From: Planctomycetota bacterium
GTDB lineage: Bacteria > Planctomycetota > Planctomycetia > JALXBF01
Assembly (NCBI GenBank): GCA_026991575.1
Contig: JALXBF010000118.1
Span: 62,001 to 126,000 of the forward strand
Direction of reading: 5' to 3'
Length of the DNA: 64,000 bases
Made by a program: the position numbers and the translations under genes. A model generated the notes under the pieces. That model saw only the letters and a program-made list of their open reading frames with translations, did not search any database and had not been told where the DNA came from. How positions within the stretch are numbered: position 1 is the stretch's first letter; the number at the start of each line of letters is the position of its first letter. Below, piece by piece: positions 48,897 through 59,200 of this stretch.

Positions 48897-49946
48897 GTGC
48901 GCCGGATTGCGATTCTCAACCAGAAAGGGGGCGTGGGTAAGACGACGACCACCGTGAACCTCGCCGCGGCCCTGGCGCGCCTGGGTTACCGGGTGCTCGT
49001 CCTGGATATGGACCCGCAAGCCCACGCCACACTGCATTTCGGCGTCGATCCGACTACGCTGGATCATTCGATGTACGAGCTGCTTACGAGCGGCACCTCG
49101 CTGCGCGAAGCGGTTCGGCACCTGGCGCCCAACCTGAGTCTCGTCGGGTCGCATATCGACCTGGCGGCCGCTGAAGTTGAGCTGGTCGGGGTTGTGGGCC
49201 GAGAGGTTATCCTACGTGACTTGCTCCGGAAAGAACTCTCCTGCGACGAACAGGGCGCGACGCCGGCGATGCCGTTGCGGTGCGGCGCAACCGCGTTCGC
49301 GCTAACGCTTGATCGCGACCGGCACGAGCCCCCGGACTTCCTGCTGATGGACTGCCCCCCGTCACTGGGCATCCTGACCCTGAACGCCCTGACGGCAGCC
49401 AACGAGGTGTTGATCCCGCTGCAGCCGCACTTCCTTGCCTTGCACGGGATGTCCAAGCTGCTGGAAACGATCGCGCTCGTGCACCAGCGAATCAACCGAC
49501 AGCTTCGTGTCACCGGCGTCGTGTTGTGCATGGTGGAGACCAACACGAAGCTTGCCGCCGAGGTGGAAGCCGACCTGCGCGATTTCCTCGAGCGGCGCCG
49601 CGACAGCCGATTACCCTGGGCCGAAGCGGTCATCTTCGACACACGTATCCGGCGCAACATCCGTCTGGCCGAGTGCCCCAGCCATGGCAAGACCATTTTC
49701 GAGTATGCCCCGACCAGCAACGGGGCGCGCGACTACTTCGATCTGGCCCTGGAACTGGTTCGCCGCCACGAGGGCGAGCACGATGCGGCCACGGCGCCGA
49801 CCGGTGCCGGCGTTGCCCTGCAAGAATCGGCGCGATCGGAGGATCAGTTGGACGGCGCAAGCCGCCAGCCGTCGCAGCACGATGCAACCGAACCTGCGAT
49901 CTGCGTCGGAGAAACCAAGCCGGCAGAAGGGGAATGCACGCAATGA
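48897..49946 (+). CDS. ParA/Soj family ATPase
   Basis: NQKGGVGKTTT, DMDPQ, DCPPSLG, IRRNIRLAECPSHG. GTG start with GGAGG. Confidence 0.92.
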   Translation: MRRIAILNQKGGVGKTTTTVNLAAALARLGYRVLVLDMDPQAHATLHFGVDPTTLDHSMYELLTSGTSLREAVRHLAPNLSLVGSHIDLAAAEVELVGVVGREVILRDLLRKELSCDEQGATPAMPLRCGATAFALTLDRDRHEPPDFLLMDCPPSLGILTLNALTAANEVLIPLQPHFLALHGMSKLLETIALVHQRINRQLRVTGVVLCMVETNTKLAAEVEADLRDFLERRRDSRLPWAEAVIFDTRIRRNIRLAECPSHGKTIFEYAPTSNGARDYFDLALELVRRHEGEHDAATAPTGAGVALQESARSEDQLDGASRQPSQHDATEPAICVGETKPAEGECTQ

Positions 49947-50242
49947 GCTGGCCGCAAGCGCTTCGCCCTGAGACCGAAGTGGTGTTGCGCTGGCTTGAAT
50001 GCGAGGAAGGCATCCAGGACCAGGTGTCCGATCTTGTGGCCGCGGCGGTCCGCGGAGTCCACGGCCAAGAAGCACGTTTGCAAGCAGCCGCAGCGGCAGT
50101 GCGTCGGTGGATCGAAGAACGTAACCCGCTGCGCGGAGAAGTGAGCCTCTTCTCGGAGCTGATCCGAATCGCTCTCGATCGGGTCGAATGGACTGCCGTG
50201 GCCGAGTGGCTTGTCCCGGAAGAGGAACCCCTCTCCGACTAG
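49943..50242 (+). CDS. Small hypothetical helical protein coupled to parA
   Basis: 99 aa (MSWPQALRPETEVVLRWLE...ALDRVEWTAVAEWL); ATGA overlap with the parA stop. Confidence 0.7.
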   Translation: MSWPQALRPETEVVLRWLECEEGIQDQVSDLVAAAVRGVHGQEARLQAAAAAVRRWIEERNPLRGEVSLFSELIRIALDRVEWTAVAEWLVPEEEPLSD

Positions 50243-50809
50243 CCGGGCACTTTCCGGGCAAGCTGGCCGCTCCGCGGGCCGGCAGATCCGGACGCCGTTC
50301 TGCCGTCGCGGATGGTACCACGAGCGGACTCCCCACAACACAGGTGGGGTAGCCGTGTCGGGAGTTTGCCGCCGAATCGGACCGGTTTATGGCCGAGGGG
50401 CCCGAGCGGCCTTCAGCGAACCGCATCTGTCGAGTGAGCTCCACACACCCGTCCCGACACGCAAGCCCACGGGCGAAGCCATTTCGTGGTTCTCGGAATG
50501 GCGCAGGTGCTCTGCGCCGGCGGCTGGCAGGGCCCGGCGATGCCCACGGGACGCTGGCCCACGACTAGAGACCGCGCAGCGGCCCTCTTGGACGCTGCGG
50601 AGCTGGTGAGGTGGCCACAGTCGTTCGAGCAACCTGACCGGCTGCGCCGCGGGTACGGGTCGAGATGCCGTGGGGTCCCCCGGCCTCATCCAGAGTCACC
50701 GTGTCGAACTGCCGCAGCGCGGAGCAGAGCTGCATGTTGTGCCACGGTGTGGCGACCCGGCGTGAGCTATATTTCGGCGGCGGATCAACGGCATGTCCGA
50801 TAGGGAACC

Positions 50810-52192
50810 GTGATGCGCGTGTTGATGGTGAACAAGTTCCTTTATGCGCGTGCCGGTGCGGAAACGCAAATGTTGCGGCTGGGCGCGGCGCTGGAGCGGG
50901 TAGGGGTCGAAGTGGCGTACTTCGGTACGGCGGACCGAAGGAACGAAACGCCGCCCGACCGTTCCTACACCTTCGCCTGCCCGCAAAACGAGCACTGTCG
51001 GTCGCTACGCGACCGCTTCATTGCCCTGGCCAACCTCTTCACTGGACGCGGTGGCCAGAACGTCTTTCTACGTGCCCTTCGCGAGTTCCGTCCCGACGTC
51101 GTGCACACGCACAACGTGTATCATCAGATCGGCTGCGCGCTGCTCCCGATTGCACGCGACCGCGGTATCCCGCTGGTGATGACCGTACACGATTACAAGA
51201 TCATATGCCCGACTTACAACCTGCACGACGGCAACAGTCCTTGTTTTGCCTGCCGTCATCGCCGTTTTTGGCACGCTCCGCTTAAGAACTGCCATCACTT
51301 CGGCCGCACGGCCAGCGCGCTGCTGGCGGCGGAGAGCTTCTGGAACGAGCTCAACCGGTTCTACCTGCGGGGCGTCGATCGGTTCGTGGTTCCCAGTCGC
51401 TACATAGCCCGGCTGCTCGCCGATAGCGGCATTCCAAGCCGCCGGATTCTGGTACTGCACAATGCGGTGGACACGCACGGGTGGCGGCCCGCGTCTGGAC
51501 CGGGCGGTTACTTCCTGTACGCGGGACGGCTGGCTGCGGAGAAGGGGATCGGGGTTCTCCTGGAGGCGTTCCGCTCGTTGCCGGGCGTCCCGCTGAAAAT
51601 CGCGGGCACCGGGCCGCTACAGGACGAGGTATCTCGGGCCGCGGTCAGCTGCCCTTGGATCGAGTACCTTGGCCACGTCTCGCACGAGGACGTACGCCGG
51701 CTGCTGTCGGACTGCCGCGCCGTCATTCTCCCAAGCGTCTGGGCGGAGAACTGTCCGATGATCCTGCTGGAGGCGTTTGCGTGCGGACGCCCGGCCATCG
51801 CCAGCCAGATTGGCGGCATCCCCGAGCTGTTCGAGTACCCGCAGACGATTCCGCCGGGATTGCTTGTGCCTCCGGGCCGCGCGGAGCTGTTGGCCGAGGC
51901 GGTGCGCACCCTATGGCAGTCGCCAGGCTTGGTCGAGGAGCTCGGCCACGCGGCCCGGTGCGCGGCAGAGAAACGCTTCGCGCTGGACCGCTACGTGCAG
52001 GAGATTCTTGCACTGTACGGCCGTCTGTGCGCCAGCTGCCGATCCCGGCCCGATTGCTCCTCAGCGGTTGGTTTGACTCATGCGAGCTCCGCCTTCAGCG
52101 ACTCCAGCAACCGCACGGCCGCGGCGATGTCCCGCTTCTGGCGCTCCGGATCGTGCGGGATCTCGCGCTCGATGGTCAGCGGCCCGGTGTAG
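50810..52192 (+). CDS. GT4 glycosyltransferase
   Basis: RVLMVNKFLY, PDVVHTHN, YAGRLAAEKG, ENCPMILLEA, IGGIPEL. The 3' end overlaps the convergent gene. Confidence 0.9.
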   Translation: MMRVLMVNKFLYARAGAETQMLRLGAALERVGVEVAYFGTADRRNETPPDRSYTFACPQNEHCRSLRDRFIALANLFTGRGGQNVFLRALREFRPDVVHTHNVYHQIGCALLPIARDRGIPLVMTVHDYKIICPTYNLHDGNSPCFACRHRRFWHAPLKNCHHFGRTASALLAAESFWNELNRFYLRGVDRFVVPSRYIARLLADSGIPSRRILVLHNAVDTHGWRPASGPGGYFLYAGRLAAEKGIGVLLEAFRSLPGVPLKIAGTGPLQDEVSRAAVSCPWIEYLGHVSHEDVRRLLSDCRAVILPSVWAENCPMILLEAFACGRPAIASQIGGIPELFEYPQTIPPGLLVPPGRAELLAEAVRTLWQSPGLVEELGHAARCAAEKRFALDRYVQEILALYGRLCASCRSRPDCSSAVGLTHASSAFSDSSNRTAAAMSRFWRSGSCGISRSMVSGPV

Positions 52193-52926
52193 CCGAATTC
52201 GTCCAGCGTGCGGAGGAACGCCTCGAAGTCAACGTCGCCCTGGCCTAGAGGCACCTCTTCGCCCCACTCCTCGCCCGGCCGTGCAGCCCACTTGGCATCC
52301 TTACAGTGCACGCTGCGCACACGGCTGCCGACCTTCCTCAAAGCCTCAATCGGGTCCCCCGTGCCGTAGAGGATCATGTTGGCTGGATCGAAGTTGATGA
52401 ACAGGTTGTCGCGGCCCACGGCATCCATGAACGCCAGCAGCGTATCGGCGGTCTCCTGTCCGGTCTCCAGATGCAGGTTCTGGCCGTTGCCTTTCAGATA
52501 ATCGCAGATTTCCTGGGTCACCGCGACCAACTCCTTGAAGTCCGGGTCGTCGGGGGATTCGGGAATGAAGCCGATGTGAATGCCCAGCGCGGGCACACCA
52601 AGCAGCTTGCCGAAATCTGAGATGCTTTTCAGCTCCGCAACCCGTTCGGCCCTGGTCTCTTTGGGCACCAGGCCCACCGTGCGCCGCACGGTCGGGATGT
52701 CGGCGTAACTTTCCCCTTCGAACCCGCCAAACATCACCGTGATCGTGATGCCGGCATCGCGACACTCCTTCAAGAACCGCTCGGCTGCCTCCGGGGTACG
52801 GTTCTGGCGGCTGGGCGTGTGCAGGTGAACGGTTGGAATCTTGAGTTCTTTGACCACGTCGAACCGTACGCCAAGGCCGGCGTCAATCGAGGTAAAGACA
52901 CCAATCGGCCACTTCTCCATCGGCAT
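52078..52926 (-). CDS. Sugar phosphate isomerase/epimerase (xylose isomerase-like TIM barrel)
   Basis: HIGF, LETGQE, NFDPAN, VHCKD, GQGDVD, TIERE. Confidence 0.92.
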   Translation of the reverse strand: MPMEKWPIGVFTSIDAGLGVRFDVVKELKIPTVHLHTPSRQNRTPEAAERFLKECRDAGITITVMFGGFEGESYADIPTVRRTVGLVPKETRAERVAELKSISDFGKLLGVPALGIHIGFIPESPDDPDFKELVAVTQEICDYLKGNGQNLHLETGQETADTLLAFMDAVGRDNLFINFDPANMILYGTGDPIEALRKVGSRVRSVHCKDAKWAARPGEEWGEEVPLGQGDVDFEAFLRTLDEFGYTGPLTIEREIPHDPERQKRDIAAAVRLLESLKAELA

Positions 52927-53102
52927 CCCCCTGTCAGTCGGGTTCGTACGGCGTTCCCTTCGGCAAGTAGTCTCGTATCATAGCGGGTTCGTCGCCTGAG
53001 GGCGAGACGGTTGCTGGCCGGGTACAGCTGCGGGCGAGCAAAGTTCCTCAATCGCTGGCTGCGGTTCCGTCGATGATCACAGTGAGTCCGATACACGGGG
53101 AC

Positions 53103-54230
53103 ATGACGGTCGGAGGGAGTGCGACGGACGCCGTGGCCACAAGAGCGGGTGGGAACAAGCCGCTGCTGAGCGTTGTGCTGTCTACGACCGTCCTGCTGGC
53201 TGGGGGCTGCTGGCATTGGCTCGATAAGTTGCCGTCGCGCCGGCCGCCGGCCACGTTCCGACCGGTCCAGAGCCCGGTGCCACGAGCAACGCTCGACGGG
53301 ATGATCCTGCCGGTGACCGGAGACCGGCCGTTCGCTCCGTACGACAACTACCGGTTGCGGCCCGGGGACCAGTTACTCTTCACGCTGAACATCCCCACCA
53401 GGCCAGTCGCCGACAGCTACCGGATCCGCGTCGGAGATACGCTGCGCGTGGAATACCTCCACGAACCGGCTCAGCAACGGCGGCCGATCGAGCTGAGGGT
53501 CAAGCCCGATGGCACAATCGATCTGCCACTCATTGGCAACGTGCGTGTGGCCGGCGTCACGGTGGCCCAGGCTCGCCGGCAGATTCTTGCCCGGGCCCGC
53601 CGCTACTGGAAACGGCCGCGGATCGAGCTCACTGTCGTAGACCCGTTCCAGCTCGCTGAAGAGCTGCGCAAGACGTTTTCCGTGGGCAGCTTTTTCAACC
53701 AGTCGCTCACGTTGCCGGTTGGACCGGACGGCCGGATCCAACTGCCTCTGATCGGCCCGGTCAACGCATTCGGTCGCACCCTGCCAGAGGTGCAGCAGGA
53801 GGTCACGGCTCGCTACCGCGAGCAGATCCCGGGCATCGAGGTGGCAGTGCACCTGTCGCAGCGAGCCCCGGATCGGGTGTACGTCATTGGCGAGGTGCGC
53901 AATCCTGGGGTGCTTGAGATCGATCGCCCCACGACCGTCATCCAGGCGATTGCCCAGGCGGGCAGCTTCCTCCCGTCTGCTGAGCTCCGCGACGTCATCC
54001 TGATCCGCGGCTACGCTGAAGGCACACCGCAGGTTGCCGTGCTGAACCTGGACCGGGCGATCGATCGGGAGTGGCGGCGCGGCGACGTCAATCTCTGGGA
54101 CGACACCTGGTTACGTGACGGCGACATCATCATCGTGCCCAAGGACCATGTGCAGGATGTCAACGACTTCGTGCGTCGTGTGATCTCCGAGACTTTCTAC
54201 GGCGCGTTCCCCGCGACGTTCTGGGACTAG
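53103..54230 (+). CDS. Wza/OPX polysaccharide export lipoprotein with tandem Poly_export domains
   Basis: Lipobox-like LAGGC; two PDG.I.LPLIG motifs; SLBB (VYVIGEVRNPG); LRDGDIIIVPK. Start uncertain. Confidence 0.88.
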   Translation: MTVGGSATDAVATRAGGNKPLLSVVLSTTVLLAGGCWHWLDKLPSRRPPATFRPVQSPVPRATLDGMILPVTGDRPFAPYDNYRLRPGDQLLFTLNIPTRPVADSYRIRVGDTLRVEYLHEPAQQRRPIELRVKPDGTIDLPLIGNVRVAGVTVAQARRQILARARRYWKRPRIELTVVDPFQLAEELRKTFSVGSFFNQSLTLPVGPDGRIQLPLIGPVNAFGRTLPEVQQEVTARYREQIPGIEVAVHLSQRAPDRVYVIGEVRNPGVLEIDRPTTVIQAIAQAGSFLPSAELRDVILIRGYAEGTPQVAVLNLDRAIDREWRRGDVNLWDDTWLRDGDIIIVPKDHVQDVNDFVRRVISETFYGAFPATFWD

Positions 54231-54245
54231 TGAGGAACCGACCAG

Positions 54246-55748
54246 ATGCCGCCACGTGAAGCAGCGCCCAAGACGACGGCCCGTGAGCTGTTGCGGGTGG
54301 TGTTCCTGTATAAGCATCTGGTTGTCGGCGTCGCGGTCCTTTTTGCGGCGGTTGCCGGTCTGGCAGCCTATCTGAGCCCGGACCAGTATCAGGCATCGGC
54401 CCGCCTCTGGGTCCGCGACGAAACGGCCCTGCTACGGAGCATGGGGGAAAGTCCTCGCGAGCAACACGAGCGGATCCAGGTGGCGGCGGCCAACTTCCGT
54501 GAAGCCATGCTTTCCCGCTCCGTGCTGGCCACCGTGCTCGAGAGGCTTGAAGGAGGGCGGTTTGAGCGGCTGGGCGAGCGGCAGCGCCAGCGGCTCATCA
54601 AACGGCTGCGGCGACGCGTCGGCTTCTCGCTGGCGCGCTCCTCCGAGTTCGGCGCCAGTCAGGTCATCGAGGTCACCGTGCGCGACGAGCATCCCGAGCG
54701 TGCCCGGAGACTGCTCCAGCTGATGCTCGAGGAAGCAGACAGGCTGCTGCAAGAAGTTGGTCGTCGTCGGGCTGAGCAGCTTATGGCCAAGACGGAGCGG
54801 GAGTGGCGGGAAGCGCGCGCTGAGCTGGATAAAGCCGCAGCCAACCTGCACCGGCTCGTCGCAGCACTGGGCGGGGAGCTGCTGGACGTGCAGGCGATGA
54901 GCGGCAGCCCTGTCGGTGACTCCGTCACCCGACACATGCTCAGCCAGGTCCAGCAGCAGCTCGTCGAGCTACAGGCACGTATTCTCCAGCGCCGCGCCCT
55001 GCTGGAACGGATCCGTTCCGGGTCGGTGCCGGACCGGCTATCAGGAGAGCTGGCCGAGTTGCTCGGAGAACGCTTCGACCAACTGGTGCGTGTTCAGCAG
55101 GCCCTGGTGGATGCCCGGGTGCGCGAACGGGTGCTGCAGGCGAGCATGACGGACGCTCACCCGGATCTGCAAGAGGCCCGCGAACGGCGGGCTCACCTGG
55201 AGGAGTTGTACCGTTCGGAACTGGGCAAACTGATCGCTGCCCTCCAGGAGGAGCTGACCGTTCTGGAGGCGACCGCGCAGTCGCTGCAGAGCGAGCGGAA
55301 CCGGCTTGCCGAGGAGCTTGCCCGCGTAGCCGGACGGTACCCGGAGTTCCTGGCGCTGCGGACCGAGTACGAAATACGCGCCGATGCGCTGCGTCAGGCA
55401 GCGCTAAAGCGGGAACAGGCCCGCACGCAGCTGGCGATCGCGTCCCAGAATGCCGTGTTCGTGCCACTGGACGCGTTGCACGTTTCGAACCGGCCGGTCA
55501 CGGTCAGTGATACCGCCGCGGCACTGGCGGGAGGTTTGCTGGGCATGATCTGCGGGCTCGGTCTGGCGTTCGTGGCGAACTACTACAGCCACACGGTGCG
55601 CGACGCGGGTGACCTGCGCCGCTGGGGCATCGACGTGCCAGTGCTGGCGAGCGTGCCTGCGGTGGACGACCCGCTGCTGCTCGAGGGGCGCCGAAAGGTT
55701 GCCTCCAGCAGGATGCGCACTGACGGGCGCGGCCGGCAGCACACCTAG
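54246..55748 (+). CDS. Polysaccharide co-polymerase (GumC / Wzc N-terminal part)
   Basis: Two TM helices flanking a long coiled coil, TDAHPD, C-terminal VPVLASVP. Confidence 0.85.
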   Translation: MPPREAAPKTTARELLRVVFLYKHLVVGVAVLFAAVAGLAAYLSPDQYQASARLWVRDETALLRSMGESPREQHERIQVAAANFREAMLSRSVLATVLERLEGGRFERLGERQRQRLIKRLRRRVGFSLARSSEFGASQVIEVTVRDEHPERARRLLQLMLEEADRLLQEVGRRRAEQLMAKTEREWREARAELDKAAANLHRLVAALGGELLDVQAMSGSPVGDSVTRHMLSQVQQQLVELQARILQRRALLERIRSGSVPDRLSGELAELLGERFDQLVRVQQALVDARVRERVLQASMTDAHPDLQEARERRAHLEELYRSELGKLIAALQEELTVLEATAQSLQSERNRLAEELARVAGRYPEFLALRTEYEIRADALRQAALKREQARTQLAIASQNAVFVPLDALHVSNRPVTVSDTAAALAGGLLGMICGLGLAFVANYYSHTVRDAGDLRRWGIDVPVLASVPAVDDPLLLEGRRKVASSRMRTDGRGRQHT

Positions 55749-55822
55749 GCGGCTCTGCTCCCCGGCGGGAAAGCTGGTGACGCAGCCCGGCAAACGCCCA
55801 CGTGCAGATGAGGTGCGGGAGT

Positions 55823-56599
55823 ATGGGGCTGTTCCAAACGGTCTTGGAGAAAGCAGGGAGGTGGCACCGGGATGATTCCGGGGCAGGCGCGGTTATGACC
55901 AGTCCGGGAGAAGTGCTCAGCGGCGCCGCCCTACCGCCGATTCCATTTCCCCAACCGGCTGAGCAACTGGACGCTTCCCTGGAGGAACTCTGGACTCACC
56001 TGTCCGTCAGCGATGATGCGAACACGGCCGCTCAGCGCGGTCCGTATTTCTTCGCGCACTGGCACGAGCCGGCGGGCGCAACCACGCTGACCTTGTTGCT
56101 GGCCGCCAAGGCTTCGACACTCGACCCAGACCTGTCCTTCTGTGTCGTCGACCTCGACTTGCACAAGCGAAGTCTCAGCCGCCTGTTGGGGCTGGGCCGC
56201 TGTGCCGGTGTGAGCGAGATCATCAACCATGATGCCGTGCTCGAAACATGCCTTGTACCAACCCGGTGCGAGAACGTCGTTGTCCTGCCGGCTGGAACAG
56301 GTTGGGGGGGCCGGGCGCGGGTGCTGCGTCGAGAGCACGCCCGGGCGCTGATCCAAATGCTCTGTGAGCAGTTCCAGTACGTGCTGGCTGACATGCCCGC
56401 ACTGAAGACCAATCCGGCCTCGCTCGTCTGGGCCTCGGGACGCGGTACAGCCGTGCTGGTGGTTCCCGCAGGCCAGATCAAGTGCGAAAGCGTTGACCGT
56501 GCCTTGGGGGCGCTGCGCCGTTCCAAGGTCAAGATTGCCGGGCTGGTGTTGAACAGGCAGCACTTCCCGTTGCCGCGCTGGCTCTATCGCTGGACGTGA
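55823..56599 (+). CDS. CpsD/CapB BY-kinase-like protein with degenerate Walker A
   Basis: EPAGATT where GEGKT/S is expected; VVDLDLHK (Walker A'); VLADMP (Walker B); GLVLNR. Confidence 0.8.
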   Translation: MGLFQTVLEKAGRWHRDDSGAGAVMTSPGEVLSGAALPPIPFPQPAEQLDASLEELWTHLSVSDDANTAAQRGPYFFAHWHEPAGATTLTLLLAAKASTLDPDLSFCVVDLDLHKRSLSRLLGLGRCAGVSEIINHDAVLETCLVPTRCENVVVLPAGTGWGGRARVLRREHARALIQMLCEQFQYVLADMPALKTNPASLVWASGRGTAVLVVPAGQIKCESVDRALGALRRSKVKIAGLVLNRQHFPLPRWLYRWT

Positions 56600-56661
56600 T
56601 CACTCGTGCTCCCAAGAGGTTGCTTCCCGCTGAAGCGTCGGCGGGCTTGTCGAGGTAAGCG

Positions 56662-58080
56662 ATGGTCGTGCTCCTGGTCCTGGCTGCACTTGCCGCGCTG
56701 TCCTGGTCGGTCGCGCTAGCAATCCCCTTTAGTGCCTTCGGACCGGGCATGCTCACGTGGCTGGCTGCCTCCGTGTACGGGCCCACCACGGTCCGCTGGG
56801 AGATCGGCCCCTGGACGCTGTCGCCGGACCGGGCCGTGCTCTTCTGGTTCCTCTTGTTCGTCACCGCCCGATGGTTGCTGGGGCACAGCCACCCGAGCCA
56901 ACTGCGCCGCGATCCGGCCGTCTGGGCCGGCCTTGCCTTCGGCGTGCTGGCGGCCCTGCAAGCATTCCTGCTACCCTGGAACCCCACGGCTCCTGAAGAC
57001 ATGCCGCCGCCCATTCGGCTAGCGTACGTGTCGGTCTTCCCGCTGATCTTGTACGTTGGAGTCGCTGCCGAGCCGACGGGGCGCGGTGGCGACCGGCGTC
57101 TGGCGTTGCTGATCGTCGTCCTGTGGCTGTTCGGCTTGTACCTTGCGGTGACCGCACTGGCAGAGCAGCTTGGCGTGACCTCGGTGATCTTTCCCAAACA
57201 CATCCTCAGGCCCCGTGTGCTCTATCCCGGGCGGCCAGTTGGACCATTCCTGTCGACGCCGCTACTGGGCACCACACTGGTCGTTTGCACTGCGGCGACA
57301 GTCCTCGTTGCGCTCAGAGGCCGAGGGGTGTTGCGCGGCGCTGCCCTGTGCAGCCTGCCGTTGCTTCTGGCCGCGATCGTGGCTACCGAGACCCGCTCAG
57401 TCTGGATCGGCGCGGTTGCTGTCGCAGGGCTTCTGCTCGTTGCGCTCGCCGGTAGGGACCTTCGCTACGGACTGCTTCTGCTCGGGGGGGCTGCCGCGGT
57501 GCTCGCCGGTGTCTTCGCCGGATCCAGTTTCGTCAATCCGGAGCGCGTCGAGGGATCACAGCTCGTTGAGTACAGCTTCCTGCAGCGGCTTGCGTTGATG
57601 GATGGGGCTGTGACGCTGTTTGTGCAGAAGCCCGTGCTTGGGTGGGGGTTCGGTCAGTTCGAACGCGTGGTGCGGTTGCATGTTGGTGGCGGCCTGCTCG
57701 GGTTCTGGGCCACCGGAGCGGCGGAGGGCTTATCGTCGCACAGCCTGCCGCTCCGCCTGCTGGCCGAGACAGGAGCCGTTGGCACCGGTCTGTGGCTTTC
57801 GATGTGGGCGGTCTGGTGCCGACGTGCGCTGGCGCTGTGGCGCAGCGGTGAGGCGGACAATCGGGCCGCCGGGCTACTATTCCTTGCAGGCACACTAGCA
57901 TACTGGTCCGAGACGCTGTTTCACGACACCAGCTTCCTGCCTGCTGGCAATCTCATGATCGCCCTGCTGGCAGCCGTAGTGACCGGAAGGCTCGCGGCGT
58001 CACGTAGTGACGCGATACGGGCGGAGGTGTTCGCTAGCCGTGCCACCGAGCGATTCCGCGTGGGCGTACATCAACGGTGA
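56662..58080 (+). CDS. O-antigen ligase / Wzy polymerase family membrane protein
   Basis: Many TM helices; RPVGPF, TETRSVWIG, KPVLGWGFGQF, SHSLPLRLLAETG. Confidence 0.85.
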   Translation: MVVLLVLAALAALSWSVALAIPFSAFGPGMLTWLAASVYGPTTVRWEIGPWTLSPDRAVLFWFLLFVTARWLLGHSHPSQLRRDPAVWAGLAFGVLAALQAFLLPWNPTAPEDMPPPIRLAYVSVFPLILYVGVAAEPTGRGGDRRLALLIVVLWLFGLYLAVTALAEQLGVTSVIFPKHILRPRVLYPGRPVGPFLSTPLLGTTLVVCTAATVLVALRGRGVLRGAALCSLPLLLAAIVATETRSVWIGAVAVAGLLLVALAGRDLRYGLLLLGGAAAVLAGVFAGSSFVNPERVEGSQLVEYSFLQRLALMDGAVTLFVQKPVLGWGFGQFERVVRLHVGGGLLGFWATGAAEGLSSHSLPLRLLAETGAVGTGLWLSMWAVWCRRALALWRSGEADNRAAGLLFLAGTLAYWSETLFHDTSFLPAGNLMIALLAAVVTGRLAASRSDAIRAEVFASRATERFRVGVHQR

Positions 58081-58939
58081 GTTCGTTCCACTGCAACGGG
58101 CAGCTCTGCCCGTATTCGATGCTGGCTTTGTTTACGGGGCGACCGTCAGCGACGTGCTGCGCACATTCAACCGACGCTGGTTTCGCTTCGACGATCACGC
58201 CCGTCGTTTCCTGCGCTCCTGCCGCTACGTGGGCATCGAGCTTGCTGTGGACCCTGGCACGCTTCGGTCGATTGCCAATCAGCTGCTAGTCCGCACCGGA
58301 GGCCAGGAGTGCGGACTGGTCATGCTCGCCACGCCAGGCATCGTGCCGCTGTACGCCGGATTGCCCCGCGAGGCGGCGGCGGAGCACGGACCGAACCTGG
58401 TGCTGCACGTCTTTCCGCTGCGGCCAGGGCAGTTCCGCCCGCTGTACGAACGCGGCGTGCACGCCGTCGTAGCTGCCAATCGCCAGGTCCCGGTCGACTG
58501 CTGGGACCCGAAGGCTAAGTGCCGTAGCCGACTGCACTGGTGGCTGGCCCAGCGGCAGGTCCAGTCACTCGATCCGGAGGCAGTCCCGATTCTCTTGGAC
58601 CATCACGGCAACTTGACCGAAAGCGCTACCGCGAATGTGGTCGTCGTCATCGACGGCAGGATCTATTCGGTGCCGCCAGACCGCATCCTCTGGGGGATCA
58701 GCCTGCAGACCCTGCAGGAACTGTGTCAGGCACACGGCATTCCCTTCGATACGAGGCCGCTACAAGCGTACCATGCTGCTATTGCCGATGAAATCATCCT
58801 AACCAACTCGCTTTACTCGCTTGCGCCAGTAACCCGTTTCAACGGGCGGCCAGTGGCCACCGGGAAGCCGGGCCCGGTGTTTCGGCGGCTGTATCAGGCC
58901 TGGTCTGGACTGGTTGGCCGCGAGCTGGCCGAAGCATAG
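58040..58939 (+). CDS. Aminotransferase class IV (BCAT/PabC/DAT-like)
   Basis: AYINGEFVP, DAGFVYG, HARRF, LTESATAN, ILWGIS, GKPGPV. GTG 58040 follows GGAGG. Confidence 0.9.
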   Translation: MPPSDSAWAYINGEFVPLQRAALPVFDAGFVYGATVSDVLRTFNRRWFRFDDHARRFLRSCRYVGIELAVDPGTLRSIANQLLVRTGGQECGLVMLATPGIVPLYAGLPREAAAEHGPNLVLHVFPLRPGQFRPLYERGVHAVVAANRQVPVDCWDPKAKCRSRLHWWLAQRQVQSLDPEAVPILLDHHGNLTESATANVVVVIDGRIYSVPPDRILWGISLQTLQELCQAHGIPFDTRPLQAYHAAIADEIILTNSLYSLAPVTRFNGRPVATGKPGPVFRRLYQAWSGLVGRELAEA

Positions 58940-59200
58940 TTGCTTCCCTATGACCTCACGTTCCGCGTGTCTCGCATCCGTTGCAGCCACCGGTCGCGGG
59001 GCCCGGGCCCGAGGGGGGACGTCGTGCGGGGGACGGGCGCCGCGGACGCGGTGGTAAAATAGGCAACTGTGGTGGGCTGGGGTGTGCTTGCCCATGTCAC
59101 GCTCACCGTACCGCTTGACCCGCCCGCTTGCAGCCGCCCATGCGCTTCCGGGTCTGTCCAGAGGCCGGATCGATTAAGAAGGCACCGTGAGGTCGAAATT

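Noticed and set aside
50243..50809. 10-bp inverted repeat CGTGTCGGGA/TCCCGACACG and small hairpins in the intergenic gap
   Set aside because: Short and GC-rich, compatible with chance, and no recognisable RNA family.
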